A stretch of DNA of 64,000 nt from Verrucomicrobiota bacterium (lineage in GTDB: Bacteria; Verrucomicrobiota; Kiritimatiellia; RFP12; UBA1067). The DNA lies in NCBI GenBank assembly GCA_022704145.1, contig JAKJGY010000001.1, positions 5,445-69,444 of the forward strand, read 5' to 3'. Positions 16,426-26,325 of the stretch are shown piece by piece. Position 1 is the stretch's first letter, and every line of letters starts with the position of its first letter. Under the pieces are notes generated by a model, which saw nothing but the letters and a program-made list of their open reading frames with translations, did no database searches and was not told the origin of the DNA. A program made the position numbers and the translations under genes.

Positions 16426-18075
16426 ATGTCCCTCGCCCAAGATTTTTTCCGAGCGGTCACGCTCTGCGTCTCGCGCCGCCTGGACGTCATCCAGATGGCG
16501 GAGGACCTTTTTTCCTACCTGCGCACGCAGATGCCCTGCGACCTGCTGCAGATGAACTACATCGACCATGAGACCGGCGAGCTTCGCCGCCTCGCCTGGG
16601 TGGAGTGGCGAAACGGGCGGCGGGTCTCCCACACCCGGCACACGCTCTTCGCCTTCCCCGAAGACGCCATGGCCACCCTCCGAAAGGGCCCGCCGAACGG
16701 AAAGGGCCCGCCCCGCGTCGCGCACCTGAGGGCGGGCGAACAGAAGAAGCACCACCCTCCGCCCCACCCGGCGTTTGAGGAAGGCTTCAAGCGCTTCGGG
16801 CTGGAGGGCTACAACCTCCTGATCGTCGACCTCAAGATCGAGGCCCAGCACCTCGGTGCCCTGTTCATCGCGGTTCGCCCACCGGCCGACTTCACCTCTT
16901 CGCACATCCGGCTGCTCGAGGACGTCGTCGAGCCGCTCTCCATCGCTTTCATCAATGCGCGCCGCTACGAGGATCTGCGCCAGCTCAAAGAGCACCTGGC
17001 CGACGAGAATATGGCGCTCAGCCAAGACCTGAGCGCGGCCTCCGACGCCGTGCTGGTCGGCGAGTTCGGCGGGCTGCGGAACATCATGGAGCTGGTGCGG
17101 CGCGTGGCGCCGCTCTCCAGCCCAGTGCTCCTCCTGGGCGAGACCGGCACGGGCAAAGAGGTGCTCGCCCACGCCATCCACGCCATGAGCCCGCGGCGCG
17201 ACAAGCCGTTCGTGCGCGTGCAGTGCGGCGCGATCCCAGAGGCGCTGCTCGACAGCGAGCTCTTCGGCCATGAGAAGGGTGCCTTCACCGGCGCGACGGC
17301 GCAGCGCTGCGGCCGCTTCGAGCGCGCCCACCAGGGAACCATCTTCCTCGACGAGATCGGCGAGCTGACGCCCGACGCGCAGGTCAAGCTGCTCCGCGTC
17401 CTTCAGGAAAAGGAATTCGAGCGCGTCGGCGGCTCCGAGACGCTCCACGCCGACGTGCGCGTCATCGCGGCGACGCACCGCGACCTGCCGGAGCGCGTCC
17501 GCCAGGGGCGCTTCCGCGAGGATCTCTTCTTCAGGCTCAACGTCTTTCCGCTCACGCTGCCGCCCCTGCGCCAGCGCAGCGAGGACATCCCGGCGTTGCT
17601 GCAGCACTTCTTGATCAGGAAATGCCGCGAGCTGAACCTGCCGCAGCCGCCGTCGCCCGACGGAGACATGCTCAGTAAGCTCAAGGATTACGCCTGGCCC
17701 GGAAACGTGCGGGAGCTGCAGAACGTGGTGGAGCGCGCGCTCATCACCTCTCGCGGCGGCGCCCTGCGGTTTCCCGACCTCGGCGCCGTTGCGCCCTCCG
17801 CAGGAAAAGCCGGACGGGAGCTGAAACCGACAAGCGCCCCACTAGAGACCCTCGACGAGGCAGCCGCGGAGCACATCCGCAAAGCGATGCGGGCGACGCA
17901 GGGGAGGATACAAGGTGCGGACGGCGCGGCCGAGTTGCTGGGCGTCGAGCCCAACACTCTCCGGGCCCGCATGCGCAAGCTCGGCATCCCTTACGGGCGC
18001 GGGGCCGCAAGCTGGAACGAGAACGCCTCCGCACCTCAGACCGGCGCGAGCTCCAGCACCGCGATCTCCGGGTAG
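16426..18075 (+). CDS. sigma-54-dependent transcriptional activator with N-terminal GAF-like sensor domain (FhlA/NorR-type bEBP)
   Basis: AAA+ sigma-54 interaction motifs are present: GETGTGKEVLAHAIH, GAFTGA, the GHEKGAFTGA loop, RVIAATHRDL and FREDLFFRLNVFPL. The C-terminal Fis-type HTH is LLGVEPNTLRARMRKLGI. Confidence 0.9.
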   Translation: MSLAQDFFRAVTLCVSRRLDVIQMAEDLFSYLRTQMPCDLLQMNYIDHETGELRRLAWVEWRNGRRVSHTRHTLFAFPEDAMATLRKGPPNGKGPPRVAHLRAGEQKKHHPPPHPAFEEGFKRFGLEGYNLLIVDLKIEAQHLGALFIAVRPPADFTSSHIRLLEDVVEPLSIAFINARRYEDLRQLKEHLADENMALSQDLSAASDAVLVGEFGGLRNIMELVRRVAPLSSPVLLLGETGTGKEVLAHAIHAMSPRRDKPFVRVQCGAIPEALLDSELFGHEKGAFTGATAQRCGRFERAHQGTIFLDEIGELTPDAQVKLLRVLQEKEFERVGGSETLHADVRVIAATHRDLPERVRQGRFREDLFFRLNVFPLTLPPLRQRSEDIPALLQHFLIRKCRELNLPQPPSPDGDMLSKLKDYAWPGNVRELQNVVERALITSRGGALRFPDLGAVAPSAGKAGRELKPTSAPLETLDEAAAEHIRKAMRATQGRIQGADGAAELLGVEPNTLRARMRKLGIPYGRGAASWNENASAPQTGASSSTAISG

Positions 18076-18175
18076 CAGTTGAAGCGTACCGGGCAAATCG
18101 CCCAGCCGATGCCGTGCGAGGTGAACACGCTCTCCCCCTGCACGGATTTCTTGAGCCCGCAGGTGTAGTTCTTTT

Positions 18176-18445
18176 CTCGACCGGCAGATCACGCTGCTCG
18201 GCACGGGCGGCCTGCTCACCATGCTGACCGAGAGCGGCAGCGGCACGCTGGCCGGGTCGGCGCATCAGGAGGCATTTAACCAGGTGGCCAAGGCCGATTC
18301 GGTTATGGTGTCGGAGGCCCTGCGCCGCGACTTCGACAAGCCGCTGCTGGCTGCGGCGTTCCCCGGCTGGCCGGTGGAGGCTGGGTTTGAGTTGAGGATG
18401 GAAGAGGCAAAAGGCTTAGCCGGTGTGACGGGTGCGGCTGAGTAG
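18176..18445 (+). pseudogene. diverged duplicate of the 3' end (~88 codons) of the portal gene; 5'-truncated fragment
   Basis: It is ~90% nt-identical to 10819-11062 with a sharp homology boundary at 18176, and has its own stop. It encodes ...LTMLTESGSGTLAGSAHQEAFNQVAKADSVMVSEALRRDFDKPLLAAAFPGWPVEAGFEL. Confidence 0.7.
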
Positions 18446-18538
18446 CGGTACGTTTGAGTTCAGCGGCAGCCGGAAGCTGTCCGTTGGACTCAAGGGTTAG
18501 GTGTCGTTTCGGGCTGAAGCATGCGTTTTGGAACAATC

Positions 18539-19576
18539 TCACCACCCAAGAAAGATTCCATTTCCAGGATTCCGGAGGTGCTCGACCCACTTTCGAAGGG
18601 TCGTTCGGTCAGCCACGTTGATGGAGTAAGAGCGAGCGCGACGAACAGTGTCCGCTCCTGGTGAAAGCGTGGATGAGGTGACGATTAGCCCTGAGCTAGC
18701 GCCCTCATCGATGACATCCGCCCAGAGGGCCTTGACGACAACCTTTCCAACCTTTTCTTTTTGTCGCTTGCATTGAACGAGGATCATCGGGGGGGTGGCT
18801 GTCGACAAGTTGGCATCCCAGACTCGGATGTCAACGCCTCCATCGTTTCGGCCTGGGCCGATATTGACTTTGTAGCCATTGCGCAAAAAAAACTCCGCAG
18901 TAAGAGCTTCAAACTGACGCCAATGAATTTCACCGATCTTGTCGAAGTTCGCTGAGAGATAGTTTACGAAGCGTTGATCAAAGAACGTTCCGTGCATCGC
19001 ACTCAAGGACTCGCTCGCAAAGAGATCCTGCAAGTCAAGTGTTTGATCCCATTCCAATTGCCGAGCGGGAAACCAATCCCACGGGCTTGCTCGTTCGCTC
19101 AACTCAATGAGATCAACCAGCTCGATGGCAATTGCTAGGGCGTTTTCGGAAAGCGTCGATCGGACAACCTCGTAGAACCCATGTTTGTTGAATCCATCAC
19201 TCAAGGCCAGCTTGCCCGTGTCAAAGTGATAGGTGCCAAGCAGAGCGAGAACGCGCTCGAAGATCTCGTGCTTTTCTGCATCTGACTGGTACTTGAAGTC
19301 TAGAAGCGTCGGCCCATGACCAACAAAAGGCTGTTCGAGGCAGCCAAGCTTGTGAAGTAGGAGTTGGAACGCATCCTCGATTTCGTTAGCGCGAAGTCGT
19401 ATCGGAGTGTCTGAAAGAGAGACGATTGCCGGCGCTATTGGATTGGATGCCCCCAAGTGGTCAACGATTTCTTCGCGACTTAGCGCAAGGCCTGATTTCA
19501 CCCCAATCCTGTCGCCAAAGAATGCGGCAAACTGATTAGGTGGCATCCAGATGGTTCCCATTGCGACACCTAACAA
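18539..19576 (-). CDS. Mrr-cat (PD-(D/E)xK restriction-endonuclease-like) domain protein with ~200-aa N-terminal domain of unknown function; low-GC horizontally acquired gene
   Basis: The C-terminal FEALTAEFFLRNGYKVNIGPGRNDGGVDIRVWD...MILVQCKRQKEKVG matches the Mrr catalytic core (D...(D/E)xK). The gene is ~50% GC against ~68% background. It is flanked by phage gene fragments and sits 0.5 kb from tRNA-Phe. Confidence 0.7.
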   Translation of the reverse strand: MLGVAMGTIWMPPNQFAAFFGDRIGVKSGLALSREEIVDHLGASNPIAPAIVSLSDTPIRLRANEIEDAFQLLLHKLGCLEQPFVGHGPTLLDFKYQSDAEKHEIFERVLALLGTYHFDTGKLALSDGFNKHGFYEVVRSTLSENALAIAIELVDLIELSERASPWDWFPARQLEWDQTLDLQDLFASESLSAMHGTFFDQRFVNYLSANFDKIGEIHWRQFEALTAEFFLRNGYKVNIGPGRNDGGVDIRVWDANLSTATPPMILVQCKRQKEKVGKVVVKALWADVIDEGASSGLIVTSSTLSPGADTVRRARSYSINVADRTTLRKWVEHLRNPGNGIFLGW

Positions 19577-19789
19577 GTTATTGAGTTGTTTCCTCTGTTC
19601 ATTTCATGATCCCACGTCGGCATCGTAACCTGCAAACTTTCATGGAATAATGTAGCGTGTTCTTCATGCCTTAACAAATGTAAAACGAGTCGGCGCTGTC
19701 GCTGTTGCTTCCTTGCGGTTTCTGCTGTGAGCGCCCGCACTTTCGTTAGCCGGGTGTTGATTCCGCGTATTGTATGGAGGGTTCAATCA

Positions 19790-20078
19790 ATGGGGGACAA
19801 CACTTTCGTTTTGGCGGCTGACGGCTGGATGCAGGTGACGCCGTGCGGGGAGTTCCCGCACGCGGGCGCGGGCGTCGTGCAGGTCATCGACCGCGCGGCG
19901 TGCGACGCGATAGCGGCGGATTTCAACGCCCGCAAGGCTGACGACAATTTTCCCGGCGTGCTGTTCGACTTCGACCACGTCTCCCTGGACACGGCACGAT
20001 CGGGCGAGGCGGCCGGGTGGATTGCCGAGCTTAAGTCGGCGGCAGGGTCTGCGAGCGCTCGCAGAGGTGGAACCAAAA
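19790..20078 (+). pseudogene. Mu-like prophage protein I (protease/scaffold) N-terminal fragment, repeat copy B; homology ends 18 bp before the tRNA-Phe 3' end
   Basis: MGDNTFVLAADGWMQVTPCGEFPHAGAGVVQVIDRAACDAIAADFNARKADDNFPGVLFDFDHVSLDTARSGEAAGWIAELKS. The annotated ORF 19727-20260 reads through the antisense tRNA and is not a real full-length protein. Confidence 0.6.
20048..20065. repeat. perfect 18-bp palindrome TCTGCGAGCGCTCGCAGA at the end of Mu-I repeat copy B
   Basis: It is identical to 3864-3881. Confidence 0.9.
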
Positions 20079-20095
20079 GGTTCAGGCCTTATAAA

Positions 20096-20171
<76 letters not shown>

Positions 20172-20243
20172 CCAAAAGTTTCCGTTTGCGTTCGGAAATG
20201 GCGGTTACTCTAAAAGATCCGGCGTCCACTGTCAACCGTGATC

Positions 20244-20266
20244 ATAAAAAAACCGCGTAATCGGTT
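20244..20266 (-). terminator. weak candidate intrinsic terminator (AACCG-ATTACG-CGGTT hairpin + U7) between the RND operon and tRNA-Phe
   Basis: The minus strand reads AACCGATTACGCGGTTTTTTTAT. The stem is short (5 bp), so confidence is low. Confidence 0.3.
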
Positions 20267-20320
20267 GGTGGCCGGGGTGCCAGGTGAAGCGCGTGTCGGA
20301 CGCGGAGCGTTTGGGAGCGG

Positions 20321-20428
20321 GGGCGCCCTCGCCCCCGTCGTTAACGGGCGTGCAAGACAGGCGTGCAACCGACGGTGAAACGACCGCCGCTCAATGTCTG
20401 ACCGACTCGGGGGCGAGGGCGCCCCCGC
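20321..20428. repeat. copy 3 of the terminal-inverted-repeat element (same 18-bp termini, diverged but related core); overlaps the last codons of the RND pump gene
   Basis: GGGGGCGCCCTCGCCCCC at 20321-20338 and GGGGGCGAGGGCGCCCCC at 20411-20428. The core shares CGTTAACGG / GACGGTGAAACGACCGCC-like blocks with copies 1 and 2. Confidence 0.75.
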
Positions 20429-23400
20429 TCCTGTTTTGTGCCCCCCGCACCCGGCGACCGTTGAGCAGGCTGTAGAGCACCGGCACCAGCACCAGCGTGA
20501 CGACCGTCGAGAACGAGAGGCCGCCGATCACCGTGACCCCCATCGGCCGCCAGGACTCCGAGCCCTCGCCGCGCGCGAGCGCCAGCGGCAGCATGCCGAA
20601 GACGGTCGTCAGGGTCGTGATCAGCACCGGCCGCAGGCGCTGGCGCCCGGCATGCCGGATGGCGTCGGCGAGCGGCTCGCCGCGCGCCCGCAGGATGTTG
20701 ATGTAGTCCACCAGCACGATGCCGTTGTTGACCCCCGTGCCGACCAGCAGGATCACCCCGATGAAGCTGAACATGTTGAAGGTGAGGCCGGTCGTCAGAA
20801 GCGCGAACAGCACGCCGGACAGCGCGAACGGCAACGCCAGGAAGATCACGAAGGGATGCTTGAACGACTCGAACTGCCCCGCCATCACCATATAGACCAG
20901 CACCAGCCCCAGCACGGTGAGCAGCAGCATGTCGCGGAAGGTCTCGGCCTGATCCTTGACCAGCCCGCCGTACTCGATGTGCGTGGCGTCCGGCAGGACG
21001 ATCTCGCGGTCGATCGCCGCGCGTATGGCCGCCGCCACATCCCCCATCGAGCGCCCGAAGTAGTCCACCTCGACCTTCACCAGGCGCTGCTGATCCTTGC
21101 GCTCGATGTCGAGCGGCCCCAGCTCCTGGACCACCTCGGCGATCGAGTCCACACGCACGCGGCTGCCGTTCGGCAGCACGACCTCGGAGTCGAGGACGTC
21201 GGCGACCTCCGCACGGCGGCTCTCGACCAGGCGCATAAAGATCCAGTACTCGTTCTCGGCCTCACGATAGTCCGAGGCCTCCTTGCCGTAAAAGAGCGTC
21301 CGGATCGTCTCCACCACGTCGGACACGTTGAGCCCGAGCGTCGCGACCTTGAGGCGGTCGATGCGCACGGTCAGCTCTGGCCGCCCCTCGTCGCTGCTGA
21401 CGCTGGCGTCGCGCGCGCCCGGCACCCGGTCGCACAGCGCCTTGATCTCGGCGGCGACACGACCGGTCTCCTCCAGGTCATGTCCGAGCACCTCGATGAC
21501 GATCGGCTTGCCGCTCGCCATCATGCGCCCCATCGTCCGGTTGACGGTGCTCATGGAGAGCTTGCCGAGCTGCGGCCACTCGCGCAACACGTCAAGCATC
21601 CGGCGTCCCGCCTCGCGCGTGGTATACGCCCGCCGCTCGATGGAGACAAACTTAAAATCGACGCTGCCGATGTGGTTGCCCTGCCTGCCGGAGCCGAAGC
21701 GCGAGTCGCCGCACCGCCAGCGCGAGTTGAGCAGCTCCTGCGCGCCGAACAGCTCGACGCCCCGCTGGCGGATCTTCTCGCTCACGCGCGCGGTCTCCTC
21801 GATCCGTGTGCCCAGAGGCAGCTCGAAGCTGATCGAAAGGTCGCCGGAGTCGGTCTCGGGCGCGAACTCCGAACCGATCAGCGGGAACAGGGCGAGAGAG
21901 CCGCAAAAGATACCGAACGCCGCCAGGCAGACCAGGCCCCTGCTGCGCAGGGCCACGCCGAGCAGCCGCTCGTAGCCGCCCTCCAGGCCCACCAGCACAC
22001 GCTCGCCGGCATCGAACAGCTTCCGGCCCAGCCAGCCTCCGCCGACGCCCGCAACGCCGTCCTTGAGCAGTTGCGAGGCGAGCATGGGCGTCAGCAGCAG
22101 CGAGCAGAGCAGGCTGGCCAGCAGGGTGATGGTGATAATGCCGCCCAACTGGCCGAAGTAGATCCCCGAAAGGCCTTTCACGAAGATCAGCGGCACGAAC
22201 ACGGCCACCGTCGTCAGCGTGCTGGCGGTGATCGCCAGACCGACCTCGCCGGTCGCCAAGACCGCCGCCTCGCGCAAGCGCGAGCCCCGGCGCAGGTAGC
22301 TGTCGATGTTCTCCAGCACGACGACCGCGTTATCCACCACCATGCCGACGGCCACCGAGAGCGCCGAGAGCGAGATGATGTTGATCGTCCAGCCCTTGAG
22401 ATAGAGGAACGCGAACGCGATGATCAGCGAGAAGGGAATGGTGAGCACGATCACAAACGAGGCCCGCACCGTGCGCAGAAAGACGAACGTGGTGAGGCTC
22501 ACGAACAGGCCGCCCCAGACCAGCGTGCGGCTGACGTTGCGGATCGAGAGCTTGATGAAGTCGCTGGTGTCGGTGAGCTTGACCATCCTGACGTCGGGCG
22601 GCAGACGCGGCCGCATGGCCTCGACCGCCTCGCGGACCTCGCGGCAGACGCGCACCGTGTTCGCACCGGAGCGTTTCTGGACAAGAACGATCACGCTCGA
22701 ACGGCCGTTGGCCCCTGAAAGCCGGAAGGGGTCCTCAAACCCGTCGCTGACGTTCGCCACGTCGCGCAGATAGACGACGTCGCCGCTGGCGCTGCGTCTG
22801 ACCACGATATCGCGCGCCTGCTCGGGGTGCTCGAACTCGCCCGGCACGCGTACCGAATAGTCGATCAGCCCGTTCTTGATATTCCCGGCCGGAAGCGTCA
22901 GGTTTTCGCGCGCGATCGCCTGTTCAAGCTGCGCCAGCGTCAGGCCGTACCCCGCCAGCTTGACAGGGTCGATGTCGATATTGATCTGACGGTGGAGCCC
23001 GCCGAAGACCTGCACCGAGCCGACGCCGTTAATCCGCTTCAGCTCGTCGCCGACATCATCCTCGATCAGGTCATACAGGCGCTCCCAGGACTCGTCGGCG
23101 GTGGCGGCGAAAAAGATGACCGGCGTCGTCGCGCTGTTGAACTTATTGACGACCGGATCCTCGATATCGTCCGGCAGTTGCCTGCGCGCCACGCCCAGAC
23201 GGTCACGGATATCGTTGGCCGCCTCCTCGAGGTCCGTGCCCCAGTCAAACATACAGGTGACGATGGAGATCCCTTCGCGGGTCCGGCTGGTCACCTCATC
23301 CAGATTGTTAACGATACTGAGATGATCCTCGATCACGCGCGTGACGCGCCCCTCGACGTCCTCCACGCTCGCTCCCGGCCAGAGCGTCATCACCGTGACC

Positions 23401-23531
23401 GACGGCATCTCCACTTCGGGAAAGAGGTCCACGGGCAGCATGAAAAGCGAGACGCCGCCGAGCACGAGGATGGCGACAAAGACCATCAGCGTAAAGATCG
23501 GGCGTCGGACTCCAATTTCTGGTAACCGCAT
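20391..23531 (-). CDS. RND efflux transporter, AcrB/HAE1 family (inner-membrane pump)
   Basis: A 1046-aa protein with 12 TMs and two large periplasmic loops, and typical AcrB motifs (GVSLFMLPVDLFPEVEMPSVTVMTLWPGAS; ITLLASLLCSLLLTPMLAS). Confidence 0.9.
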   Translation of the reverse strand: MRLPEIGVRRPIFTLMVFVAILVLGGVSLFMLPVDLFPEVEMPSVTVMTLWPGASVEDVEGRVTRVIEDHLSIVNNLDEVTSRTREGISIVTCMFDWGTDLEEAANDIRDRLGVARRQLPDDIEDPVVNKFNSATTPVIFFAATADESWERLYDLIEDDVGDELKRINGVGSVQVFGGLHRQINIDIDPVKLAGYGLTLAQLEQAIARENLTLPAGNIKNGLIDYSVRVPGEFEHPEQARDIVVRRSASGDVVYLRDVANVSDGFEDPFRLSGANGRSSVIVLVQKRSGANTVRVCREVREAVEAMRPRLPPDVRMVKLTDTSDFIKLSIRNVSRTLVWGGLFVSLTTFVFLRTVRASFVIVLTIPFSLIIAFAFLYLKGWTINIISLSALSVAVGMVVDNAVVVLENIDSYLRRGSRLREAAVLATGEVGLAITASTLTTVAVFVPLIFVKGLSGIYFGQLGGIITITLLASLLCSLLLTPMLASQLLKDGVAGVGGGWLGRKLFDAGERVLVGLEGGYERLLGVALRSRGLVCLAAFGIFCGSLALFPLIGSEFAPETDSGDLSISFELPLGTRIEETARVSEKIRQRGVELFGAQELLNSRWRCGDSRFGSGRQGNHIGSVDFKFVSIERRAYTTREAGRRMLDVLREWPQLGKLSMSTVNRTMGRMMASGKPIVIEVLGHDLEETGRVAAEIKALCDRVPGARDASVSSDEGRPELTVRIDRLKVATLGLNVSDVVETIRTLFYGKEASDYREAENEYWIFMRLVESRRAEVADVLDSEVVLPNGSRVRVDSIAEVVQELGPLDIERKDQQRLVKVEVDYFGRSMGDVAAAIRAAIDREIVLPDATHIEYGGLVKDQAETFRDMLLLTVLGLVLVYMVMAGQFESFKHPFVIFLALPFALSGVLFALLTTGLTFNMFSFIGVILLVGTGVNNGIVLVDYINILRARGEPLADAIRHAGRQRLRPVLITTLTTVFGMLPLALARGEGSESWRPMGVTVIGGLSFSTVVTLVLVPVLYSLLNGRRVRGAQNRSGGALAPESVRH

Positions 23532-23542
23532 GGCCTATCCTG

Positions 23543-24736
23543 TCAGTTCGCGCCCGCGTCTGAAAACCGTACCGGCTGACCGTCGCGCAGGCGGTGCTGG
23601 CCGGCTGTGACCACCTGCTCGCCCGCCTGCAGTCCGCCGACGACCTCCAGCAGGTTCCCCGAGCGCACCCCGATCGTGAGCGTCCGGGTCTCGGCGCGGC
23701 CGTCCTTCACGACAAAGGCCAGAAAGCGCTCGCCGCGGCGCAGCGCAACATCGGCCGGAAGCGTGACCACATCGCTTCGGACCTCCAGAATGATCTGTCC
23801 CTCCGCATACAGGCCCGGGCGCAGCATCCACTGTCCGGCGGCGTCCCGGACATTCGCGAGCCGCACCTCGACCCGCCCCGCGCGCGTCACCGGATCGACG
23901 GCCGGGAAGATACGGGCGATCCGGCCGGAGAAGACCCGCTCCGGCGCAGCGTCCGACACCACCTCCACAAGCGTCCTGCCGACGCTCAGGAAGCGCAAGT
24001 AGGGCCCCGGCACCGCGATCAGAAACTTGAGTTCCTCCATTGGGAGGAGCTGCACCACTTTGACGGCCGGCCCCACCATCGCGCCGGGATCCACGTATTT
24101 GGCGCTTACGACCCCTGCCATCGGCGCATGTAGGAACGCCTCTGCCAGGTCGACCTCGATCATGCTCACAGCCGCACGGGCCTGCACCAGCCGCGTCTCG
24201 GCAAGCACCAGTTCCGTCGCGGCCTGCTCGCACGCCGTATCCGCCAGATCACGCTGCTGCTCGGTCGTCGAGCCCTCGGCGAACAGCTTGCCCATGCGGT
24301 TCTTCTCCCGCTGCCTGTCCTTCAGGATGACCCGGGCGGTCTCGATCGCCACACGGGCCGTCTCGGCCGCCGCGCGCGCATGCGTCAGCTTGGACAGGAT
24401 ATCGCGATGCTCGATGACCGCCAGGACCTGCCCGTTGGTGACCGCGGTCCCCTCCAGCACCGGCGTGCCGTCTTCAAGCTCAAGCCGTTCCAGGCGCCCC
24501 GTGATCTTGGGGACCACGTCCACCACACGGACCGCCTCAAGCGCACCGGTGAGCCTGATCCGGTTCGTCACGCAGCCGGTGACGACCGTAGAAGTCCGCA
24601 CGGGCACCGCCTGCCTCCCCTTGTCCTCCCTCACGGGGGTCGCCTTCACCGCAGCCAGACGGTAACCGTACCAGGACGCGCCGAGGATCGCGCAGATCCC
24701 GGCCAGATAGAGCAACGCATGAATCAGGCGTCTCAT
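23543..24736 (-). CDS. RND efflux periplasmic adaptor (AcrA/HlyD_D23 family)
   Basis: N-terminal TM/signal, then alpha-hairpin, lipoyl and beta-barrel domains. It overlaps the upstream outer-membrane factor by 4 nt. Confidence 0.85.
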   Translation of the reverse strand: MRRLIHALLYLAGICAILGASWYGYRLAAVKATPVREDKGRQAVPVRTSTVVTGCVTNRIRLTGALEAVRVVDVVPKITGRLERLELEDGTPVLEGTAVTNGQVLAVIEHRDILSKLTHARAAAETARVAIETARVILKDRQREKNRMGKLFAEGSTTEQQRDLADTACEQAATELVLAETRLVQARAAVSMIEVDLAEAFLHAPMAGVVSAKYVDPGAMVGPAVKVVQLLPMEELKFLIAVPGPYLRFLSVGRTLVEVVSDAAPERVFSGRIARIFPAVDPVTRAGRVEVRLANVRDAAGQWMLRPGLYAEGQIILEVRSDVVTLPADVALRRGERFLAFVVKDGRAETRTLTIGVRSGNLLEVVGGLQAGEQVVTAGQHRLRDGQPVRFSDAGAN

Positions 24737-26196
24737 TTTTCGACTCCCTCAGCCTGCCGCGGCGCGACGAGCAAACGCTCGACCGCCCGTAGCCAGTCCC
24801 CCTCCACGCCCCCCTCGCGCTCCCGCTCCGGGCTCTCGGCAGGCAGCGGTGTCGCGCGGCCCAGACGCCCTGTCGCATGATCGAGCCCGAGACGCGCCAT
24901 ACAGTGGTCAAACAGCGCCCGATAGTAATTGCCTCGCGCCAGGGTCAGGGAGGCGCGGGCATCGACGATCTCGACCTCGGTGTTGACCCCTTCCCGGTAG
25001 CCCGACATGGTCAGCCGCAGGCCCTCCTCGGCGTGCTGGAGGTTCAGCCGCTGCGACTCCACGAACTCGTCCGCGTTCTTGAGGCTGAGCAGCGCCTGCT
25101 GCACGTCGAGAAACACATCCTGCTCAACATCCGCCAGCTCGATCTCGCGCTGCCGCAGCCGGGCCCGCTCGACGATCAGCTCGCCCTCCCGCCCGAAGCC
25201 GTCGAACAGCGGCCACGAGAACTCCAGCCCCGCGCGCGCCAGATCCTGCCAGCCGCGCCCGTCCCCGTAGGTGCGCTCCGCCCCAGCGGAAAGCGCCAGA
25301 TCGACCTGCGGCAGATAGCGGCTGCGCACGGCCGTCACCTGCTCCCGCTGGAGGCGGATGTTCAGTTCGGCCATCATCAGGTCCGGCCGGTTCCTGTAGG
25401 CCGACGCGATGGCCGACTCCAGGGTCTCGAACACGGGCACCCGCTCCAGAGGATCGGAGAGCTGGATGGTCGCGTCGGTCGCCGTGCCCATGGTCCGAAG
25501 CAGGGTGATCTTGGCGAGCACCAGGCTGTTCTCCTGCCGGATCAGCTCCGCCCTGAAGTTGGCCACATCCACCTGCGCGCGCAGCTCGTCATATTTTGAG
25601 GCCACGCCATTGGCCCGCTTGACGCGCACATCCGCGAGATGGGCCTCGGCCGAGGCCACCGCATCGCGGTTGACGTGGCAGAGGCTGTCCGCCAGCAACG
25701 CCGCATAGTAGGCTGACGTCACCTGCTGGATGACCTGCTGCGCGGTATCGCGCACCCCCTCATCGGAACGGAAGGCATACAGCTTGGCGGCGCGCAGGCC
25801 GGCGCTCACCGCGCCGCCGCGGAAGAGCGTCTGCCGCACGGTGACGACCGCCTCGTCGCGCTCCGTGGTGCCGCGCCCGGATGTCGCATTGAGCGTCGCA
25901 TGCGGCAGCGCGGGCCGGTGCGCGGCGACGACCTGTCCGCGCGCGGCCACCCGCTCCTGCAGCTTGGACTGGAGGGACTTGTTGTAAAGCAGCGCGATAC
26001 GCACGGCGTCATCCCGTGAAAGCCGCTCAGCGGGAACCGGCAGCTCGCCCTCCTCACGCACGCGGCGCCACGACTCATAGGCCTCTGTGCGGGCCTCCGC
26101 CAGCTCCTCATAGAGCGCCTCGCGCGACAGGCACCCCGCCAGCAGCAGACCTGCCGCAACGGATCCCCACGCCGCCATCACGCGTTTGACATCCAT
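24733..26196 (-). CDS. outer-membrane efflux protein (TolC/OprM family lipoprotein)
   Basis: Lipoprotein signal (MDVKRVMAAWGSVAAGLLLAGC) followed by TolC repeat architecture. Start chosen at 26196. Confidence 0.8.
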   Translation of the reverse strand: MDVKRVMAAWGSVAAGLLLAGCLSREALYEELAEARTEAYESWRRVREEGELPVPAERLSRDDAVRIALLYNKSLQSKLQERVAARGQVVAAHRPALPHATLNATSGRGTTERDEAVVTVRQTLFRGGAVSAGLRAAKLYAFRSDEGVRDTAQQVIQQVTSAYYAALLADSLCHVNRDAVASAEAHLADVRVKRANGVASKYDELRAQVDVANFRAELIRQENSLVLAKITLLRTMGTATDATIQLSDPLERVPVFETLESAIASAYRNRPDLMMAELNIRLQREQVTAVRSRYLPQVDLALSAGAERTYGDGRGWQDLARAGLEFSWPLFDGFGREGELIVERARLRQREIELADVEQDVFLDVQQALLSLKNADEFVESQRLNLQHAEEGLRLTMSGYREGVNTEVEIVDARASLTLARGNYYRALFDHCMARLGLDHATGRLGRATPLPAESPEREREGGVEGDWLRAVERLLVAPRQAEGVEK

Positions 26197-26325
26197 CCCC
26201 ATAAACAAACTGACTCCGCCCCTTATACCTCTACCCCCCAACAGGCTCGCCTGACGACATGCCGGAGTGACACGCAAGGACGTTCGCCCCGGAGTCAGCC
26301 CCGTCCCCCACGCGTCACGCGCCGT

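Noticed and set aside
20394-22718. 774-aa +strand ORF
   Set aside because: It is antisense to the AcrB-family pump gene.
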